Shown: positions 36,804 through 47,288, counted from the stretch's first letter. The stretch is DNA of 64,000 nt from Candidatus Omnitrophota bacterium (GCA_041653835.1 JBAZEP010000001.1:19082-83081); one strand, 5' to 3'. Program-made: numbers and translations. The notes: generated from the sequence alone by a model not told the origin.

Positions 36804-36814
36804 CAACCTATCGC

Positions 36815-36849
36815 AATGTTATATTCTGACACTGTCAGAATATAACATT
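36815..36849. repeat. Core-palindrome element copy 2: stem AATGTTATATTC/GAATATAACATT around TGACACTGTCA
   Basis: It fills almost the whole 48-nt gap between the tauE-like stop and the nth start. The 11-nt core is identical to that at 20641-20653 and 49265-49275, but the stem sequence is completely different. Confidence 0.7.
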
Positions 36850-36851
36850 AG

Positions 36852-37211
36852 CTATTTGCCGAAGAACATATATATAGAAATAAATAGAAGCAGACATGCA
36901 AAAAGCCTCTTCAGCATGAGATTAGGCACTAACTGAACAACCGAAGCGCCTATAAAGCCTCCTATAATGAACCCTAAAGCCACGAATGCCGCTACCTTTA
37001 TATTTATATTCCCTGCCTTATAATATGTTATTACAGCCAGTATCCCTACCGGCAATAGAAGCGCGGCGAGTGCCGTGCCCTGGCTAAGGTGCTGGGAAAA
37101 TTTAAAAATGTAAATAAGAGCAGGGATCAATATTACAGCCCCTCCTATGCCGAAGAAGCCCGAGAATACCCCCGTTACAAGCCCTATTAATATGCTAAAA
37201 AAAGTGTTCAT
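36852..37211 (-). CDS. Half-size TauE/SafE (TSUP) family membrane protein (4 TM)
   Basis: 119 aa with a GIGGAVILIPAL motif. This is one repeat unit of the usually duplicated TSUP fold. Confidence 0.55.
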   Translation of the reverse strand: MNTFFSILIGLVTGVFSGFFGIGGAVILIPALIYIFKFSQHLSQGTALAALLLPVGILAVITYYKAGNINIKVAAFVALGFIIGGFIGASVVQLVPNLMLKRLFACLLLFISIYMFFGK

Positions 37212-37247
37212 GTTTACTTTATTTACCGTGTATGGTAGATTATATCT

Positions 37248-38696
37248 ATGATTATAAAGACAGACCCTGACATTATCAAGGGATATTTTGAGGACTATTC
37301 AGGCCTTCTCGGAGGATACGCGGACAAAGTTATATTGCCCGGCGACGAAAAAGAAGCCCGCGATATATTGCTCGAGGCGGCCTCAAAAAATATACCTGTT
37401 ACGATATCCGGAGGCGGAACAGGCGTTACAGGCGGCCGCATACCATTCGGCGGGTGGGTAATTTCCACCGAACGCCTGGATAAAATAATAGAAATAGACA
37501 CCTCTTCTCTTACCGCGGCCCTTCAGCCCGGGGTAAGGCTTTCGGACCTTGAGAAAGAGTTGTCAAAAAAAGGCCTCGCGTATCTCCCTGACCCCACGGA
37601 GCCCAACGCGTTCCTCGGAGGCACTATATCCACGAACGCGTCCGGCGCGAAAGGTTTCAAATACGGGCCTACGCGCAACTATATAAACAGGCTGAAGGTC
37701 CTTTTTTCCACCGGGGACATCATAGATATAAAACGCGGGGATTATTTTATAAAAAAAGGCGGGCAATTCCCGCTCAAACTGAAATCCGGGGAGATAAAGA
37801 TCAATATCCCTGATTATTCTATGCCGGATGTAAAAACAGCGGCTGGTTATTACATCAAGGACAACATGGACCTCCTGGACTTATTCATCGGGCATGAAGG
37901 CACGCTGGGCATCATACTCGAGGCGGGCATCGCGCTCGGAAAAAGGCCCGAGGCGGTAATGAGTTTTTTCAGTTTTTTTCCTTCGGAAAACGACGCTATA
38001 AGTTTTGTAAGGGACGCGAAGGCTTATGACGCCATGTCGCTGGAATATATGGACACGAATTCCCTCGCGCTATTGCGCGAGAAATACCCGTCCATCCCTT
38101 CGTCCGCGAAAGGGCTTATATATTTCGAGCAGGATTATAAAAAAGAGAGTGAGTCGGAGAAAACAGACAGCTGGATGAAACTGCTTGAAAAACACAGGGC
38201 GATGACCGAAGATTCGTATTTCGCGGATTCGGACAAAGAAAGAGCGAAACTGAAAGAACTGAGGCACGCGCTCCCGGACGCCGTAAATGAGATCGTGAAA
38301 AAAAATAAAATGCCCAAGGTCGGGACTGATATAGCGGTGCCGGACGCGAGATTCGGGGAGATGCTGGGATTTTATAAAGAAAAACTGTCTTCTTCCAATA
38401 TAGATTATCTTATATTCGGGCATATAGGCGAAAGCCATATGCATGTAAATATGCTCCCACGCACAGAAGAGGAATTCAAAAAAAGCAGGCTTGTTTATAC
38501 CGAATTCGTTAAAAAGGCGGTGGCTATGGGCGGAACAGCGTCCGCGGAACACGGCATAGGAAAATTGAAACACCCGTTCCTGGAAATAATGTACGGCAGG
38601 GATAATTTAAAGCAGATGGCGCTTCTCAAAAAATCCCTGGATCCCGCCTGCATATTGGGGCTCGACAACATATTCCCGAAAGAATACTTAAAATGA
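37248..38696 (+). CDS. FAD-linked oxidase of the GlcD / D-lactate dehydrogenase family
   Basis: FAD_binding_4 N-domain (TISGGGTGVTGG) and FAD-oxidase C-domain (HIGESHMHVN...EHGIGKLK). Confidence 0.8.
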   Translation: MIIKTDPDIIKGYFEDYSGLLGGYADKVILPGDEKEARDILLEAASKNIPVTISGGGTGVTGGRIPFGGWVISTERLDKIIEIDTSSLTAALQPGVRLSDLEKELSKKGLAYLPDPTEPNAFLGGTISTNASGAKGFKYGPTRNYINRLKVLFSTGDIIDIKRGDYFIKKGGQFPLKLKSGEIKINIPDYSMPDVKTAAGYYIKDNMDLLDLFIGHEGTLGIILEAGIALGKRPEAVMSFFSFFPSENDAISFVRDAKAYDAMSLEYMDTNSLALLREKYPSIPSSAKGLIYFEQDYKKESESEKTDSWMKLLEKHRAMTEDSYFADSDKERAKLKELRHALPDAVNEIVKKNKMPKVGTDIAVPDARFGEMLGFYKEKLSSSNIDYLIFGHIGESHMHVNMLPRTEEEFKKSRLVYTEFVKKAVAMGGTASAEHGIGKLKHPFLEIMYGRDNLKQMALLKKSLDPACILGLDNIFPKEYLK

Positions 38697-39763
38697 AGAC
38701 TATTATAGCTGTCCCGGATTTTACGCGTGAGGCGCATCTTAAAAAAATCCTCCCTCCTGTCTTGAAAGATAACGCCGGAGCGGAGATAATAATCGCCACC
38801 GGCCTCCACAGGTCCCCCACTAAAAAAGAGATCAGGAAGAATTTGGGCGCTATCACGGATAAAATAAATATATCTGTCCATAACCACAGGGATGCCCTGT
38901 ATTTCGGAAGATCAAAGGCCGGCGTGCCTGTCTGGCTGAATAAAAAACTAAAAGAAGCTGACCGCGTAATAACAGTTGGTGTCGTGGAACCCCATCTATA
39001 CGCGGGCTACAGCGGAGGCGTAAAGGTAGTCGCGATAGGCCTGGCAGGAGAAAAGACAATAAACTATACCCATCACCCGAGATTTCTGGATTCCAGCGGC
39101 ACAAAAATAACAAATCTGCGGAATAACCCATTTCAAGACTATATACAGGAAATTATTTCCATCATACCTATAAAATATTCCATAAATATAGTAAATGATA
39201 ACAAAGGCGATATCCTGAAAATATTTAAAGGGGCGCCGGAAAACTCCTTCAGGAATGCCGTGAAATATTCCAAGAAGATTTTTGAAAAAAAGGTATACGG
39301 TTGTTTCGATATCGTAATATGCGGTACGCCTGCCGGAAAGGGCATTAATATGTACCAGGCATCCCGCGCCTTCAATTACATCGCGAATACAAAAAAACCA
39401 GCTATAAAAAAGAATTCCCTTCTACTTGTAAAGGCCGGCCTGGAAGAAGGTTTCGGAAGAGGCCTTGGCGAAAAACGTTTTATGAAAAAGCTGCTGGAGA
39501 TGAAGGATCCGGATAAACTTATAGATAAGATAAAGAAAGGCGGCTGTCTCGCCGGTGAACACAGGGCTTATATGGTGGCGAAGGCGCTCAAAAAAGCGAA
39601 ACTTGGTTTTATATCAAAAAACGCGCGTTTATATAAAAATAAAGTCCTGCCGTTTTTATTTTTCGGGAGTCTTAAAGAAACCGGGCAATATATAAGAAAG
39701 AATTTCAGGAACCCGCGGATATGCCGCGTTAAAAACGCGTTTACCAACATACTGACCAATTAA
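38693..39763 (+). CDS. LarA-like (lactate racemase domain, DUF2088) protein
   Basis: ATGLHRSPTKKE ... ITVGVVEPHLYAGYSGGVKVVAIGLAG matches the LarA N-domain motifs. It overlaps the GlcD-like gene by 4 nt, suggesting a lactate-utilisation pair. Confidence 0.55.
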   Translation: MKTIIAVPDFTREAHLKKILPPVLKDNAGAEIIIATGLHRSPTKKEIRKNLGAITDKINISVHNHRDALYFGRSKAGVPVWLNKKLKEADRVITVGVVEPHLYAGYSGGVKVVAIGLAGEKTINYTHHPRFLDSSGTKITNLRNNPFQDYIQEIISIIPIKYSINIVNDNKGDILKIFKGAPENSFRNAVKYSKKIFEKKVYGCFDIVICGTPAGKGINMYQASRAFNYIANTKKPAIKKNSLLLVKAGLEEGFGRGLGEKRFMKKLLEMKDPDKLIDKIKKGGCLAGEHRAYMVAKALKKAKLGFISKNARLYKNKVLPFLFFGSLKETGQYIRKNFRNPRICRVKNAFTNILTN

Positions 39764-40449
39764 AAATCCCTGCTGACAGCCAGGGAAACTTTTTCCCCGT
39801 CAAAAAAAGCGGTTTCCACGTTCAATCTTATATTCCTGGTTATAATATAATCTACCCCCGCGACAATGCCAACTTTTTTTTCAGATTTAATCCGCTGCCG
39901 GTCATGGTCATTTACCCATTTTATGAAATCCAGGCTTCCGTACCTCGGGCCTGAATAAGGCTCGAACCTGCCTATGCGCCTGGAGACAAGCAGCGAGCCC
40001 TGCCATTCGTCCACGATGGCTTTATAGTTATCGCTGGCGACGGACGCGGCGTGCGGATGAACGCTTATATGCTGGAAACCCGCGACAGCCTTGAGCCCGC
40101 TATCCTTGTCGTCGTACAGCTTTACCCTGAATCCATACGCCCCCGCGAAGCCGGTATCGAACGCCAGGTTTCCGGGATCGCTGTTTTCCCAGCGCACATT
40201 CCCTACCCCTATCTTGCCGTCAAGCGACAGCCAGTCGAACAAGGCGTATGAACCAGTGATAAAATACCTGTTCCCGCTCACGCCTCCCTCGCTATTATCA
40301 AGATTCCTGTCCAGGAGCATGTCCGCCTGGACACCCCATACCCAGTGCTTTTTTTCAGGCATATGAGTGCCATAACAGGGCGCGGCAAAAGAAACCGCCT
40401 GGCACACCACCATAAGGTTTATAACAAAAAATAAAAATACTTTTAACAT
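39760..40449 (-). CDS. Outer-membrane beta-barrel protein
   Basis: Signal peptide, alternating amphipathic beta strands and a C-terminal aromatic residue (…SRDF). Confidence 0.45.
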   Translation of the reverse strand: MLKVFLFFVINLMVVCQAVSFAAPCYGTHMPEKKHWVWGVQADMLLDRNLDNSEGGVSGNRYFITGSYALFDWLSLDGKIGVGNVRWENSDPGNLAFDTGFAGAYGFRVKLYDDKDSGLKAVAGFQHISVHPHAASVASDNYKAIVDEWQGSLLVSRRIGRFEPYSGPRYGSLDFIKWVNDHDRQRIKSEKKVGIVAGVDYIITRNIRLNVETAFFDGEKVSLAVSRDF

Positions 40450-40458
40450 GACTGCCCC

Positions 40459-41259
40459 CTAAAGCATTTTCCTGCCTTTTTCCGCAAGCTCTTTCAGGTC
40501 AGGCCATAATTTTTTCCCCTTCATGACAACCACTATCAGATCACGCCTTTTATCATATTTTATATACCCTAGAAAACACTGCCCCGCCTTGATCGTGTAT
40601 CCCGTCTTTCCAAGCATGGAATAAGGGGTATCTTTCCATAAACTCTTATTATGGTTCCTTAATTTTATCCGCCTGCCGGTATTCAACTCCGTTATCTCCG
40701 CGTTTTTTATCCGCAGGATATCGAGAAGCCTCTTATCTTTTATGGCCTCGCGCATTATAAGCGCCAGGTCATAAGCGGTGGAATATTGCCCTTTGGCGGG
40801 CAAGCCGTTGGATGTCTCGAAATTGGTATTGCGGCAGCCTATTTTCCGGGCAGCCTCGTTCATCAGTTTGGTGAAAGCCTTTTCCGTGCCTGCCACGCTT
40901 TCGGCGAGGGCTATGCTCGCGTCATTCCCGGAGTTCAGCAAGAGCGCCTTGAGCATGTCTTCCGTGGAATACCGCTCCCCTTTTTTAATGTCCACCTTGC
41001 TCGGCGGGGCGAATGCCGCGTTCCTTGAAACAACCACTTTTTTATTAAGGGGTGACCTTCTCAAAACCACCAGCGCCGTCATTATCTTCGTGGTGGATGC
41101 GGGCGCGAGTTTAGTATGGGGATTTTTGGAATAAACAAGCTTCTTATTCCAGATCTTCATCAGGACCGCTGAACGGGCGGTGACATAGACCGTTTCTTTC
41201 GCTAAAAGATTAGAACTTAAAAATATTATGAATAGGGGGATGAGGATTTTTCGGAACAT
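40459..41259 (-). CDS. dacA: D-alanyl-D-alanine carboxypeptidase (PBP5/6-type serine peptidase S11)
   Basis: SxxK motif (ASTTKIMT), SGN motif (LLNSGNDAS), KTG motif (GKTGYT) and a signal peptide. Confidence 0.85.
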   Translation of the reverse strand: MFRKILIPLFIIFLSSNLLAKETVYVTARSAVLMKIWNKKLVYSKNPHTKLAPASTTKIMTALVVLRRSPLNKKVVVSRNAAFAPPSKVDIKKGERYSTEDMLKALLLNSGNDASIALAESVAGTEKAFTKLMNEAARKIGCRNTNFETSNGLPAKGQYSTAYDLALIMREAIKDKRLLDILRIKNAEITELNTGRRIKLRNHNKSLWKDTPYSMLGKTGYTIKAGQCFLGYIKYDKRRDLIVVVMKGKKLWPDLKELAEKGRKML

Positions 41260-41532
41260 TTAACCTTGATGCATTTCGCGGGTTTCTTTGGATACGTCTT
41301 TGAGCGCCGCCTTGGCGCGCTCGAGCTCCGCGTTAAGCCTGTTCGTGACAAGCAGGTGTTTATACGAAAGCAGGCTGAACGACAGGTTAAAAAAAGCGAG
41401 CAGCAGCAGATATATATTTACCTTGTTGTTGAGCAGGAAATACACGAAAAAAAATATCCCGAGTATGATAAGGAGCCTGTTAATCCTGGCTACCGCCTCG
41501 ATAAATATTTCCGCGCTTGTAAATTTTGCCAT
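41260..41532 (-). CDS. Small membrane protein, hypothetical
   Basis: 90 aa with two TM helices. It lies immediately upstream of dacA and has no recognisable family. Confidence 0.3.
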   Translation of the reverse strand: MAKFTSAEIFIEAVARINRLLIILGIFFFVYFLLNNKVNIYLLLLAFFNLSFSLLSYKHLLVTNRLNAELERAKAALKDVSKETREMHQG

Positions 41533-41568
41533 ATGCGCCCTTTTCTATTAATAATAGTATATACTAAA

Positions 41569-43194
41569 TTAACGCGGTGTAAATTTATTTGTTATAGGCA
41601 TGCGCCTGTCTTTCCCGAACGCCATGGGCGTAATCTTTATGCCGGGGGGGGCCTGTCGCCTTTTATATTCGCTCCGGTCTATCATATTCAATATCTTCTT
41701 CACGATTTCTACATGTCCCAGCTCTTCCGCTATATCCTCAAACCCTTTATTTTTTTCTATATAAAGGTCTATGACGCTGTCCAAAAAATCATAAGGCGGC
41801 AGGGTATCCTGGTCTTTCTGGTTCGGCCTTAATTCAGCGGTAGGCGCTCTCTTAAAAACACTTTCGGGTATGATCGTCCTTCCTTCTTTTTTATTCCTGT
41901 ATTGTGTCAGTTCGTAAACAAGTTTTTTCGGCACATCCTTTATCACACTGAACCCGCCTGCCATATCGCCATAAAGGGTGCAGTATCCGGCGCTTACCTC
42001 GCTCTTATTGCCTGTATTGAGCACCAGGTACCCGAATTTATTGGAAAATGCCATAAGTATATTGCCCCGTATCCTGGCCTGGATATTTTCCTCGGCTATA
42101 TTCGGCTCTATGCCTTTGAAATGAGGCCTTAATGTATCGAGATAAGAACCGAATATATTATCTATAGGTATCACGCGTAATTTTATATCCAAATTATCCG
42201 CTATTGTCTTCGCGTCTTCCTGCGTGCCTTCCGAAGAATACCTGGACGGCATGCTGAGCGCCAGCACATTTGCCCTGCCGAGCGCGTCGGCCGCGATATA
42301 CGCCACCAGCGCGGAATCTATCCCTCCGCTCAGGCCTAACGCGACCTTATTGAAATTATTTTTGCGCACGTAATCCTTTAAGCCCAGTACAAGCGCGGAA
42401 TATACCTCTTCTTCCCCGGAAACCTGGCTGAATTTCCGATCTGCTTTTTCCGCTCCTTTGCCGATAGCGAGATCCAATACCAGCAGGTCCTCCTGGAAAG
42501 CCCTTGCCTCCGCAATGACCCCGCCATTCCTTCCGAATAAAGCGCTCCTGCCGTCGAATACCAGTTCATCCTGCCCGCCTATAAGATTGCAATATACGAC
42601 AGGCATGCCCAATCTTTTTGCTTTTGCCCCGATTATTTTCCTGCGCTCCCCGATCTTATCAATATGATATGGCGAAGCGGATATATTCACCAGGAAATCC
42701 GCCTTTTTAAAAATCTTGTTTTCCGCGGCCGTGTCCTTTGCCCAGATATCCTCGCATATATTTACCGCGAAAGAAAAACCCTTTATTTTCAGCAGGGCAT
42801 TTCCGGAACCCGGCGTAAAATACCGCTTCTCGTCAAAAACGCCGTAATTGGGCAGGTGTTTCTTGTGATAGACATAGGTTATTTTTTTATCGCGCACTAC
42901 CGCGGCGCTATTATAGACATTCCCGTTTTTCCTGTCCGCGAATCCTATTACCGCGGTTATGCCGCCTGTCTCCCTGGATATTTTTTCCAGATACCTTATA
43001 TTATCTTTTATAAAATGCGGCTTTAAAAGCAGGTCTTCGGCCGGATAACCGGTTATACTGAGTTCCGGGAACACAATCAGGTCTACATGGCGGGACGCCG
43101 CCTGTCTTACGCAGCACGATATCCTGTTCGAGTTGCCTTCCATGTCCCCGACTGTGGTATTTATCTGGCCTATCGCTATTTTTACGGTTTTCAT
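41569..43194 (-). CDS. nadE: Glutamine-dependent NAD+ synthetase (N-terminal CN-hydrolase + NAD synthase domains)
   Basis: Nitrilase-fold N-domain (IAIGQIN..., FPELSITGYP) and PP-loop SGGIDS in the C-domain. 541 aa. Confidence 0.9.
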   Translation of the reverse strand: MKTVKIAIGQINTTVGDMEGNSNRISCCVRQAASRHVDLIVFPELSITGYPAEDLLLKPHFIKDNIRYLEKISRETGGITAVIGFADRKNGNVYNSAAVVRDKKITYVYHKKHLPNYGVFDEKRYFTPGSGNALLKIKGFSFAVNICEDIWAKDTAAENKIFKKADFLVNISASPYHIDKIGERRKIIGAKAKRLGMPVVYCNLIGGQDELVFDGRSALFGRNGGVIAEARAFQEDLLVLDLAIGKGAEKADRKFSQVSGEEEVYSALVLGLKDYVRKNNFNKVALGLSGGIDSALVAYIAADALGRANVLALSMPSRYSSEGTQEDAKTIADNLDIKLRVIPIDNIFGSYLDTLRPHFKGIEPNIAEENIQARIRGNILMAFSNKFGYLVLNTGNKSEVSAGYCTLYGDMAGGFSVIKDVPKKLVYELTQYRNKKEGRTIIPESVFKRAPTAELRPNQKDQDTLPPYDFLDSVIDLYIEKNKGFEDIAEELGHVEIVKKILNMIDRSEYKRRQAPPGIKITPMAFGKDRRMPITNKFTPR

Positions 43195-43262
43195 ATGTTA
43201 TAATACAATATTAGCATAACCCGGAGAAATACGCAAATATGTACAGCTAAGCCGGCAGGTAC

Positions 43263-43682
43263 TCATCTCAACAGAAAGACACCGAGTATCACGAAACCCA
43301 TCCCCAGGGCCTTGACAAAGGTAAAACTCTCCCCGAAAAACAAAAGACCCAATAAAAAGGAAACCAGGGGATAAGTCCCGGCTATCGGGACCATCTTGGA
43401 CGCCTCTCCTTCTTTCAGCGCATTATAAAAAAATATCTGCCCGAGGATACTGGCTATAATACCTCCCATAGCCAGCAATATCATGGTCTTGGGGTCGGCT
43501 TTAAAAACCGATTTCAGCAGGCCGCTGTTGAATGCCACCAGGATAACCGCTCCTATAAGCACACCGAACGAGCGTATTACCACACCTGATAAAGGCGCTA
43601 TGTTCGCAAGCCCTGTTTTTTCCACTATTGGCGCTATCCCCCACGTCAGCGCCGCCAGTATCGCGAAATAAAAAGGTTTCAT
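43263..43682 (-). CDS. Small EamA-domain (DMT superfamily) membrane protein
   Basis: 139 aa with 4 TM helices and a single EamA-like repeat. Confidence 0.5.
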   Translation of the reverse strand: MKPFYFAILAALTWGIAPIVEKTGLANIAPLSGVVIRSFGVLIGAVILVAFNSGLLKSVFKADPKTMILLAMGGIIASILGQIFFYNALKEGEASKMVPIAGTYPLVSFLLGLLFFGESFTFVKALGMGFVILGVFLLR

Positions 43683-43757
43683 CCTGCCCTCTCAAATTTT
43701 ACGAAGTAAAATTTGATCCCGAGCGATCATATCCATTCCTATCGAGCCGCGAGGGAC
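43683..43757 (-). ncRNA. Structured 5' leader element copy 3 (upstream of the EamA-like gene)
   Basis: Minus strand reads GGTCCCTCGCGGCTCGATAGGAATGGATATGATCGCTCGGGATCAAATTTTACTTCGTAAAATTTGAGAGGGCAGGATG. It has the same P1 (GUCCC/GGGAU) and UC/UC internal loop as copies 1 and 2. P1b is GCG/CGC where copy 1 has GUC/GAC. The AU hairpin has two compensated changes relative to copy 1. Confidence 0.55.
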
Positions 43758-43832
43758 CTCCTACTTCAAGTTTAAATATAAGATAACATATCTAATTTGC
43801 AAATGGAATAAAATAATAAACTCGTATATAAT

Positions 43833-44720
43833 ATGATTATGTTCAAAGCGGGCAGGGTAGCCATAATCGGAAGGCCGAATGTAGGGAAGTCCACACTTCT
43901 TAATGTGCTTGTCAGGGAAAAGGTCTGCATCGTATCGGACAAGCCCGAGACCACGCGCGACAATATCCAGGGAATAATATCCGGCGAAGATTTCCAGATC
44001 GTGCTTGTCGATACCCCGGGCATGCACCGGCCCAAAAACCTCCTTGGAAAATTGATGGTACGCAAGGCGCAGGCCTCTGTCATGGAAACGGATCTGAACC
44101 TCATCCTTATAGATGCCGCGAGCGGCATCACAAAAGAGGACATAGAGATATTCGGGCTCATGCCGGGAAAATCCAATATCCTTATCATAAATAAGATAGA
44201 CAAGATTGACAGGCGCCGCCTGCTCCCTCTTATCGAAAAAGCCGTAAAATTCAATTTCAAGGAAATCATACCTGTCTCCGCGATCAAAAAAGACGGGACA
44301 GATATAGTATTCAATAAAATACTGGAATACCTGCCTGAAGGCTATGCCTTATTCCCGGAAGACCAGTTGAGTGATAAAAGCGAAAGATTTATCGTGCAGG
44401 AGATAATACGGGAAAAGACCCTAGAAACCACATACCAGGAAGTACCTCATTCCGTAGCTGTCACCGTAGAGGAGATGAAAGAAAAAAAAGACAGGGACAA
44501 TAACGACATAGTCTATATAAGGGCTAATATATATTGTGAAAAGGACAGCCAAAAAAGCATCATTATCGGCAAGGATGGCAAGATGCTCAAAAGAATAGGC
44601 GAGACTTCGCGAAAAGATATAGAGAATTTCCTGCGGAAAAAGGTTTTCCTCGACCTGTGGGTCAAGGTCTATGAGAACTGGCGCAAGGATCCTTTTGCCC
44701 TGAAAAATCTGGGCTATTGA
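43833..44720 (+). CDS. era: GTPase Era
   Basis: G1 GRPNVGKST, G3 DTPG, G4 NKID and a C-terminal KH domain. Start may instead be the ATG at 43839. Confidence 0.92.
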   Translation: MIMFKAGRVAIIGRPNVGKSTLLNVLVREKVCIVSDKPETTRDNIQGIISGEDFQIVLVDTPGMHRPKNLLGKLMVRKAQASVMETDLNLILIDAASGITKEDIEIFGLMPGKSNILIINKIDKIDRRRLLPLIEKAVKFNFKEIIPVSAIKKDGTDIVFNKILEYLPEGYALFPEDQLSDKSERFIVQEIIREKTLETTYQEVPHSVAVTVEEMKEKKDRDNNDIVYIRANIYCEKDSQKSIIIGKDGKMLKRIGETSRKDIENFLRKKVFLDLWVKVYENWRKDPFALKNLGY

Positions 44721-45529
44721 TGAGTGTGGTGGTCAAGGTGCTGGTGAGGATGGGCATGCACCTTACCTTCGTGCTTGTGGCTGTGGATATGCACGAGATT
44801 ATTGTCCTGGAGTAACTGCATGTCATTCAATACCTCGTCCGGCCTGCCTGATCCCACTATTTTTTTATCCTGGCTGAATACATAAACAACGTCCGATATT
44901 TCCTCCACGATATGCAGGTCATGAGTAGCCGTAATAATAGTTTTGCCTGATATATTCGCTTTTATAAGAAGGTCTATAATATGCCTGGTGGTCAGCGGGT
45001 CGAGGCCGGCAGTCGGTTCATCCAGTATCAGGACATCCGGATCTATCACCAATACGGAAGCGATACTTACCTTGCGTTTTTCCCCTATGCTCAATTGATG
45101 AGGCGCCCTGTCCATCAACCCTTTTATATTCAATATCCCGCATATCTCGTCCAGGCGCCTTATAGACTCTTCTCTTGGAAGCCCTAACTGTAAAGGCCCG
45201 AACATAATATCCTCCCCGACGGTAGGGCAGAATAACTGGACATCCGGATTCTGGAAAACAAGCCCTATTTTTTTTCTGAAGTTTACCGAGTATTTTTCGT
45301 CATTGAAAGAACTCTCTTTCAGCTCAGCCCCGAATATTTTGACAATACCTTTGTCAGGAAAAATAAGCCCGTCCAGCATCTGCAGGAGAGTGGACTTGCC
45401 TGACCCGTTAGCGCCTATAATAGTTATCTTCTCTCCCTGTTTTATGTCCATATCTATGCCCCGCAGCGCAGGATACTTGCCAAGATAAGAACACCAGACA
45501 TCTCTCAATTCAAATATTATACCGCTCAT
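44714..45529 (-). CDS. cbiO: ECF transporter ATPase (CbiO/NikO-type) with histidine-rich C-terminal tail
   Basis: Walker A GANGSGKST and ABC signature LSIGEKRKV. The C-terminus HIHSHKHEGKVHAHPHQHLDHHTHQ is a His-rich metal-binding-like extension. Confidence 0.85.
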   Translation of the reverse strand: MSGIIFELRDVWCSYLGKYPALRGIDMDIKQGEKITIIGANGSGKSTLLQMLDGLIFPDKGIVKIFGAELKESSFNDEKYSVNFRKKIGLVFQNPDVQLFCPTVGEDIMFGPLQLGLPREESIRRLDEICGILNIKGLMDRAPHQLSIGEKRKVSIASVLVIDPDVLILDEPTAGLDPLTTRHIIDLLIKANISGKTIITATHDLHIVEEISDVVYVFSQDKKIVGSGRPDEVLNDMQLLQDNNLVHIHSHKHEGKVHAHPHQHLDHHTHQ

Positions 45530-46266
45530 GCCTCTCCTTTATATCCTCTCGAAAGCATAGCCTTATATACATCCTGATTAAGTTTGCAGGAACGGACCCA
45601 CAGGCAGGCTATATTCCACGATACTATGCGCTGCCCTTTTTTGTAATGCATCCTTGACCCCGTCCTGCTTTTTATGGCAAGGTACATGTTTTCTACGATT
45701 TCCACAAACAAAAATATATACCTGTAACACATACCAAGCGTCATTACGAATACCTGCGGTATTTTGAAAACGCGCAGCGCCCTGAGTAATTCGAAATGCC
45801 TTGTCGTAATGCTCAAAAGTGCCGCGAACGATACGGAATCCGTGACGCGCATAATAAACAAACCTGCCCCATGCAGGCCCTGGCGCGTGATAACCATGTT
45901 TAAACCCGCTATCTTAAAAGCAACCAGCGCTTCCCCCGGTGTCGCGAAACTGAATAAAGCCGGCATGGCGATAAATAGCGAGAATAAGGGTATAAATACC
46001 AATGTCCTTTTGAGGAAAAACCCTAAATTTATTTTAGAAAAATATGCCAGGACAAGAGACGCTATATATAAATACAATAAAATAATTATGTCCTTTGCCA
46101 ATAATATCTGAATTATAAATAACAGGAATAACGCCAGTTTGATTTTCGGGCTAATCCGCTGTAAAAGGCCTTTTTTCAAGGCGTATTCATCGCTAAAAAC
46201 GGATTCCTTCAGAAGAGACAAAACTCTTAAAATAGAACGCTCTATGAAATTATTATTCTTCGGCAC
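45526..46266 (-). CDS. cbiQ: ECF transporter transmembrane (T) component CbiQ/NikQ
   Basis: 246 aa with 5-6 TM helices. The CbiQ-like topology and its position between cbiN and cbiO fit the assignment. Confidence 0.7.
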   Translation of the reverse strand: MPKNNNFIERSILRVLSLLKESVFSDEYALKKGLLQRISPKIKLALFLLFIIQILLAKDIIILLYLYIASLVLAYFSKINLGFFLKRTLVFIPLFSLFIAMPALFSFATPGEALVAFKIAGLNMVITRQGLHGAGLFIMRVTDSVSFAALLSITTRHFELLRALRVFKIPQVFVMTLGMCYRYIFLFVEIVENMYLAIKSRTGSRMHYKKGQRIVSWNIACLWVRSCKLNQDVYKAMLSRGYKGEA

Positions 46267-46269
46267 GGC

Positions 46270-46605
46270 TTATTTGCCTTTCTTTGTAAGAATCTTTCCT
46301 ATAATCAATACCACTGCCGCCACTGCCGCTATGCCGATTACCGCTGACATTATATAAGCAATGCTCAGCGACGGCAATCCTTTTTCTTCCCAGCCTTTGA
46401 AAGCATAATCAGGAATGGGCGCGCTCCAGAGGCTGGAAAGTTTTTCCAGGCCTTGGGGAATATATCCGGTTAATTCTTTGATCATGTCCGCTCCCCATTC
46501 GCCCCACGCATCGCCTGCTTTAAAATGTTCCGGCAATAATAATCCCAAAGGCGACAGAGCTATAAGCACAGCCATGCCTATCCATAATTTGGTTATAAGT
46601 TTCAT
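46270..46605 (-). CDS. PDGLE-domain small membrane protein (CbiN/NikN-like accessory component)
   Basis: 111 aa from MKLITKLWIGMAVLIAL, with two TM helices flanking IPQGLEKL, a PDGLE-like motif. Start was moved from the ORF-track 46755 to ATG 46605, which overlaps the cbiM stop. Confidence 0.55.
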   Translation of the reverse strand: MKLITKLWIGMAVLIALSPLGLLLPEHFKAGDAWGEWGADMIKELTGYIPQGLEKLSSLWSAPIPDYAFKGWEEKGLPSLSIAYIMSAVIGIAAVAAVVLIIGKILTKKGK

Positions 46606-47288
46606 TACGCCACCTCCCCTTTCTCCAGGAATTCCGGAGATTGCTTCTGCAGATATTTCACGACCAACGCTGTCACAACAGCCTCTATCCACCCGAACAC
46701 CAGAAGATGCTCGCCTGCCATAGCCGGTATGGCTATATTCAATCCATACGGGCAATAAAGGGCCTGGCCCTCCGCTGTATGATGCAATAACGGCTGTAAT
46801 CCGAATTCTATGCCGGTCAATAGCGCAGCTATATTTAAAGCTATATAACCTGCTATGCCCGCGGCAATTATCCTCCTGTTAGAACCAATAGGGGCATTAT
46901 AACTGACTGCTTTGTAAATATAGTACCCGGTAAAAGGCAGGATAAACGCCATATTAAAACAGTTAGCGCCTATCGCTGTAATGCCGCCGTCCCCAAATAA
47001 TAAGGCCTGGATAACAAGCGCAACTGTGATAGCGATGCAGGCTGCCCATGGGCCCAGCAGTATAGCTACTAAAACTCCGCCTACGGCATGGCCCGTGGTG
47101 CCCCCCGGAATAGGCACATTGAACATCATTATCACAAAACTGAAAGCCGCACCAATAGCCAAAAACGGTACCTGAGCCGTTTTAAGGCTCTTTTTTACTA
47201 TCTTAGAAGCAAGCGCCCATATAGGCACCATCACGGCATACATTAAGCCGCTGGTTACAGGACCCAAATACCCGTCCGGTATATGCAT
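46605..47288 (-). CDS. cbiM: ECF transporter substrate-capture component CbiM/NikM
   Basis: The N-terminus MHIPDGYL is the hallmark metal-binding N-terminus of the family. 227 aa with 7 TM helices. Confidence 0.9.
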   Translation of the reverse strand: MHIPDGYLGPVTSGLMYAVMVPIWALASKIVKKSLKTAQVPFLAIGAAFSFVIMMFNVPIPGGTTGHAVGGVLVAILLGPWAACIAITVALVIQALLFGDGGITAIGANCFNMAFILPFTGYYIYKAVSYNAPIGSNRRIIAAGIAGYIALNIAALLTGIEFGLQPLLHHTAEGQALYCPYGLNIAIPAMAGEHLLVFGWIEAVVTALVVKYLQKQSPEFLEKGEVA